From NCBI GenBank assembly GCA_029005175.1, contig JAQXFQ010000030.1, forward strand, positions 1-48,686: a stretch of DNA of 48,686 bases, read 5' to 3'. Both the position numbers and the translations under genes were made by a program. Origin of the DNA: Bacillota bacterium. Lineage in GTDB: Bacteria; Bacillota; Clostridia; Oscillospirales; Acutalibacteraceae. The notes under the pieces are model-generated. The model was not told the DNA's origin, did no database searches, and saw only the letters and a list, made by a program, of their open reading frames with translations. Of the stretch, positions 45,317 through 48,686 are shown piece after piece. The first letter of the stretch is position 1, and each line of letters opens with the position of its first letter.

Positions 45317-45376
45317 TAAATAAACCAACTGAAAGCAACTATTTTAATATCAGAAACTTATATAATGAAAATTATG

Positions 45377-45405
45377 TTGAAATTTCCGCAGATTTGTAAT
45401 ATAAT
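45377..45405 (+). promoter_or_regulatory. Putative promoter of the SipW-like gene (TTGAAA-17 nt-TATAAT)
   Basis: Hexamers read directly from the sequence, about 35 nt upstream of the RBS AAAGGAGA. Confidence 0.55.
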
Positions 45406-45440
45406 ATAGGAAATAATAGGGATTAAAGGAGATCATTGCT

Positions 45441-45923
45441 TTGAATGTACCTAGAATCATAAGAAATATTTCATGCGCAATTTCAGCGGTAATGTGTGCT
45501 GCGTTGATATTTGTATTCGGTCTGATGCCGCTGATTGGTTATGAAGTATGTCCTATAAAGACCGACGATGCCCGAAGTGTTTATTCCGGCGGCAGTGTGG
45601 CATTTGTGCATGAAATTGACCCGGCTAAATTGAAAAAGGGAGATGTTGCAGTGTATTACAGCGGTAAAAACGCGATAGGCGTTAAGGTTGTAACCAGCGA
45701 CAAAAAGTCTCGGCAAATCTATGCACAGGCGGAAAATGACACAACCATTGAACTTAGCTACCGTAAAATCAGCGGTAAGGGAACATCTTTTTCCATTCCG
45801 TTTTTTGGCAATTACGCCGATTGGCTGGTAAACGGCAGTGGCTTACTAGTCAGCGTAATCATGCTTGGCACAATGTTTTTAACATTCGCCGTATCAGCTA
45901 TATTAACTAAAGATGAAGATTAA
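45441..45923 (+). CDS. SipW/S26-type signal-peptidase-like membrane protein, apparently lacking catalytic Ser/His
   Basis: Has the N-terminal TM, beta-core and C-terminal TM architecture of SipW-like peptidases (GYEV...GGSVAFVHEIDPAKLKKGDVAVYY...IPFFGNYADWL). KTDDARS replaces SGSMEP, and there is no His where SipW has VTHRIV. TTG start 8 nt after AAAGGAGA. Confidence 0.6.
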   Translation: MNVPRIIRNISCAISAVMCAALIFVFGLMPLIGYEVCPIKTDDARSVYSGGSVAFVHEIDPAKLKKGDVAVYYSGKNAIGVKVVTSDKKSRQIYAQAENDTTIELSYRKISGKGTSFSIPFFGNYADWLVNGSGLLVSVIMLGTMFLTFAVSAILTKDED

Positions 45924-45940
45924 AGATTCACATATGTAAT

Positions 45941-45982
45941 AAAAACCGTCCGAATGCATTTAGCTGCGTCAGGACGGTTTTT
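45941..45982. terminator. Bidirectional terminator
   Basis: AAAAACCGTCC pairs with GGACGGTTTTT. The arms extend further (GTAATAAAAA.../...TTTTTTATTAC) and overlap the udg stop. Confidence 0.75.
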
Positions 45983-45985
45983 TTA

Positions 45986-46564
45986 TTACATATCGTACGT
46001 TTTGGGGCAAACTTCCATTATCTTTTCTCGCAGCAGCAGAAAATCGTTAAAAGCATCAGGCTTTTGAGAGGGATTTCTCAGGAGTGCGGCGGGATGAAGC
46101 GTCGCCATCATCAGCGTACCTTTTTTGTCTATGAATTTGCCGTGGTCTTTGGTTATTTTCAGATTTGGATCCATAATCTTCATGCCCGCGATTCTGCCGA
46201 GGCAAACCACAATTTTAGGCCGCATTATTGCAAACTGGTTGCGAAGCCAGCCTATGCAGGCTTCCTGCTCTGTCGGCTGAGGATCGCGATTTTTCGGCGG
46301 TCTGCATTTGACGATATTGGCGATATAAATATTGCGCTCCCGCGACAAATCAACTGCATCCAGCATCAGATCAAGCAGCTTGCCGGCACGTCCTACGAAC
46401 GGTTCCCCTTGCAGGTCTTCGTTTTCGCCGGGTCCCTCGCCTACAAACATCACCTTCGCCTCCGGATTTCCCACGCCGAAAACCACATTGTGCCGCGTTT
46501 CACAAAGTCCGCATTTGCGACACTTGAGACATTCTGACTTTAACTCATCAAAATTATCATACAT
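45986..46564 (-). CDS. Uracil-DNA glycosylase, family 4
   Basis: [36 protein letters not shown]...[11 protein letters not shown]. Confidence 0.9.
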   Translation of the reverse strand: MYDNFDELKSECLKCRKCGLCETRHNVVFGVGNPEAKVMFVGEGPGENEDLQGEPFVGRAGKLLDLMLDAVDLSRERNIYIANIVKCRPPKNRDPQPTEQEACIGWLRNQFAIMRPKIVVCLGRIAGMKIMDPNLKITKDHGKFIDKKGTLMMATLHPAALLRNPSQKPDAFNDFLLLREKIMEVCPKTYDM

Positions 46565-46610
46565 AATTAAATCATCCTATCTGATGTATTTATTGGGTTA
46601 TATTACTATA

Positions 46611-48686
46611 TTATTGCACTTCAATCAGCTTGTCAAGATAAAATGAATAAAGGTAAATTTTGCTGACGGGCTTGCTCAGCACCTGCTCCATTGCATAGCG
46701 ATATAGGCGAAGCTGTGTTGCATAGTGCTCCACAAGTCTGTCAGGGGCGCTTATTCTGTCGGTTTTGTAGTCGATTATAACAGAGCTGTCATTATAAACC
46801 AACACACAGTCGCATTCCCCCTCAAGCACAATGGATTCATCTGTATCAACATCTGTAACAAGTCGCGCATGTTCGGCATCCAGCTTTACAGAAAACTCCT
46901 GTTCACGCATTATTTTATCAGCACTATCAAGCATCGGCTTCATAGTGTCGAAAAATATCTCAACCTTATCAATGTCCACAGCGGCCGCGTCTATTTCACT
47001 GATAAACCCTGACTTCTGAAGCCTTTCAAGCTCGTATTCGGGTTTTTCAGCGGCGGCATGGAAGTTGGCAAACTCCATATATTTGTGTAAAGCCTTTCCC
47101 CTTTCCGTCGGAGTAAGTCCGCCGCGCATCATAAACGACGGACGCATCAGGCTTATGGAGTCGCCGGAATGTTCCTGCTTGGTCAGTTCGGACGCAGTAA
47201 CCTTAGTCGGCACACCAATCAGCTCATCATACGGATATTTGTATTGAAGCCGCGCTTCTATCTGAGCCATAATGTCGCTGTCAGGCTTTGCCTGCGGTAT
47301 TTCTTGTGTTTCGCAAGGTGCAGTTTCTTCTTCAGTCTCATCGTCTGAATCTTCGTCATCTGCCATTTGCAAAACAATCTTAAAGTGTGAATTATCACCC
47401 GTAACAACATCAACACCCAAGTCGGCATATGAGCGAATCTCTCCGCCGTCGGGATGTCTTATGGCAGCCATCATCAGCCACGCGGCAAATGAATTACATT
47501 GAGCCAGCGCAAACGGCGGTATCTCGCCGTCGCAAACGGCCATCGCCGCAGAATTTATGCAGGAATTAACCGAGCGCGGCGCGCATACCATAATTAACTT
47601 TTCACGGGCACGCGTCAAGGCAACATACAGTACACGCATCTCCTCGCTCAAACTTTCGAGATAGGATTTATTAATAATCGCGCGGCGAATCTGGGTTTCA
47701 TAATACATGCTGTTTTCCTTCATTTTCATACCCAAGCCGAGGTCATTGTGCGTCATAACACCTGCTACATCGCCGTCTTTATTGAACTGCGAACCCAGTC
47801 CCGCTATAATACATATCGGAAATTCAAGACCTTTTGATTTGTGTATAGTCATCACACGCACAACATTTGAGCTTTCAGTAACCCCCGAAGCACCGGGTAA
47901 ATCTTCGCCCTGCTCCAGCATGCGGTCAACTGTGGATATAAATGAAGTCAATCCGAACGAGCCTGAATTCTCGCAATCAGCGGCAAATTCCTGAAGCAAG
48001 CGAAGACTTCCCACACGAATTTCTCCATTCGGCATTGACCGCACCGCCGCCATGTAGCCTGTGGAGTAATATATTTCCTCAATAAGCCTGTCAGCCGACA
48101 TTGTGGAAGAAAGCAGTCTGAATTTATCCATGCTTTCCAAAAAAGCTGCACATTTTTCATTGCCATCCCGCGCCATGAACATAATCGCGCCGTACAACGG
48201 CGCCTGACGTTCTTTCAGACGAATTTCTGCCAGTTCGTCAGGGGTGAACGCATAAATTGGCGACATAAGCACGCACATCAGCGGAATGTCGAGCAAGGGA
48301 TTATTTATCACACGAAGGAAAGATAAAATCACATTAGCTTCATCGGTCGCCAGTAAACCTCCGTCACTTGACATCCATGCCGGAATGCCGCGTCGCTCCA
48401 ATGAATTGACATAATCCTCACCTTTTCCGCTCATGCTTCGGCGCAGAATGCAAAAATCGCTGTAATCTGCACGTCTCAGCTTTCCGGTAGCTTTGTCGGT
48501 CACTTCAAATCCCGAGGCAAGCATTGATTCAATCATATCTGCAATATACTCGGCTTCATATTGGGAGGACGTAAGCGGATGCCCTTGAGGTCGTGAAATA
48601 AAGTGCATTTCCGCAATCATATCGTCGGATTCCGGATAAACCGCTCTTGCGATCAATTCCTGAGATTCATCGTAGCGTACGCCGCC
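46611..48686 (-). CDS. addA: ATP-dependent helicase/nuclease subunit A (AddA), C-terminal ~690 codons; 5' end lies beyond the window
   Basis: UvrD-type C-terminal helicase motifs ([23 protein letters not shown]) and a PD-(D/E)XK nuclease end ([10 protein letters not shown]...IIDYKTD). The frame stays open to position 48686. Confidence 0.88.
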   Translation of the reverse strand, partial: GGVRYDESQELIARAVYPESDDMIAEMHFISRPQGHPLTSSQYEAEYIADMIESMLASGFEVTDKATGKLRRADYSDFCILRRSMSGKGEDYVNSLERRGIPAWMSSDGGLLATDEANVILSFLRVINNPLLDIPLMCVLMSPIYAFTPDELAEIRLKERQAPLYGAIMFMARDGNEKCAAFLESMDKFRLLSSTMSADRLIEEIYYSTGYMAAVRSMPNGEIRVGSLRLLQEFAADCENSGSFGLTSFISTVDRMLEQGEDLPGASGVTESSNVVRVMTIHKSKGLEFPICIIAGLGSQFNKDGDVAGVMTHNDLGLGMKMKENSMYYETQIRRAIINKSYLESLSEEMRVLYVALTRAREKLIMVCAPRSVNSCINSAAMAVCDGEIPPFALAQCNSFAAWLMMAAIRHPDGGEIRSYADLGVDVVTGDNSHFKIVLQMADDEDSDDETEEETAPCETQEIPQAKPDSDIMAQIEARLQYKYPYDELIGVPTKVTASELTKQEHSGDSISLMRPSFMMRGGLTPTERGKALHKYMEFANFHAAAEKPEYELERLQKSGFISEIDAAAVDIDKVEIFFDTMKPMLDSADKIMREQEFSVKLDAEHARLVTDVDTDESIVLEGECDCVLVYNDSSVIIDYKTDRISAPDRLVEHYATQLRLYRYAMEQVLSKPVSKIYLYSFYLDKLIEVQ

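Overview
This is a 48.7-kb chromosomal window from a spore-forming Firmicute of the class Clostridia. That placement is inferred from gene content: spoIIR, a cwlD-like amidase, an IspH-S1 fusion, GTP-type PEPCK, and the ffs-dnaX-ybaB-recR synteny. Most of the window is housekeeping: radA, a tdk-deoC-deoD-deoB/cdd nucleoside salvage operon, ispE, corA, pcrA, pck, coaX, cmk, smpB, recR, dnaX, SRP RNA, udg and addA. I saw no rRNA, tRNA, CRISPR array, transposase or phage genes.

Two regions look accessory and are the best candidates for an undescribed system.

(1) Positions 1-8669, minus strand. This region holds an AMP-ligase translationally coupled to a small acyl carrier protein. It also holds a MacB-type ABC exporter with an 1134-aa double-FtsX permease carrying a ~280-aa coiled-coil insert, and two tandem stand-alone NRPS-type condensation-domain paralogs. 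The second paralog runs off the window edge. Together these suggest a non-NRPS, carrier-protein-dependent acyl-transfer and export pathway.

(2) Positions ~41.8-45.9 kb. This is an AT-rich block between ffs/dnaX and udg/addA. It encodes a 7-TM AgrC-like histidine kinase and a response regulator whose output domain is Spo0A-C-like. It also encodes a divergently transcribed SipW/S26-like membrane protein that appears to lack the catalytic residues, and an XRE regulator with an ATGCTA-repeat promoter region.

Smaller oddities are listed under findings:
- a deoB-cdd gene fusion that keeps an internal RBS and ATG
- two long imperfect palindromes placed directly after stop codons
- a consensus promoter plus a perfect 13-4-13 palindrome in front of a Xer-type recombinase
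- orphan transporter components
- a LytTR/membrane-protein pair

All functional calls rest on motifs read by eye from the supplied translations and on remembered family signatures. No database search was run.
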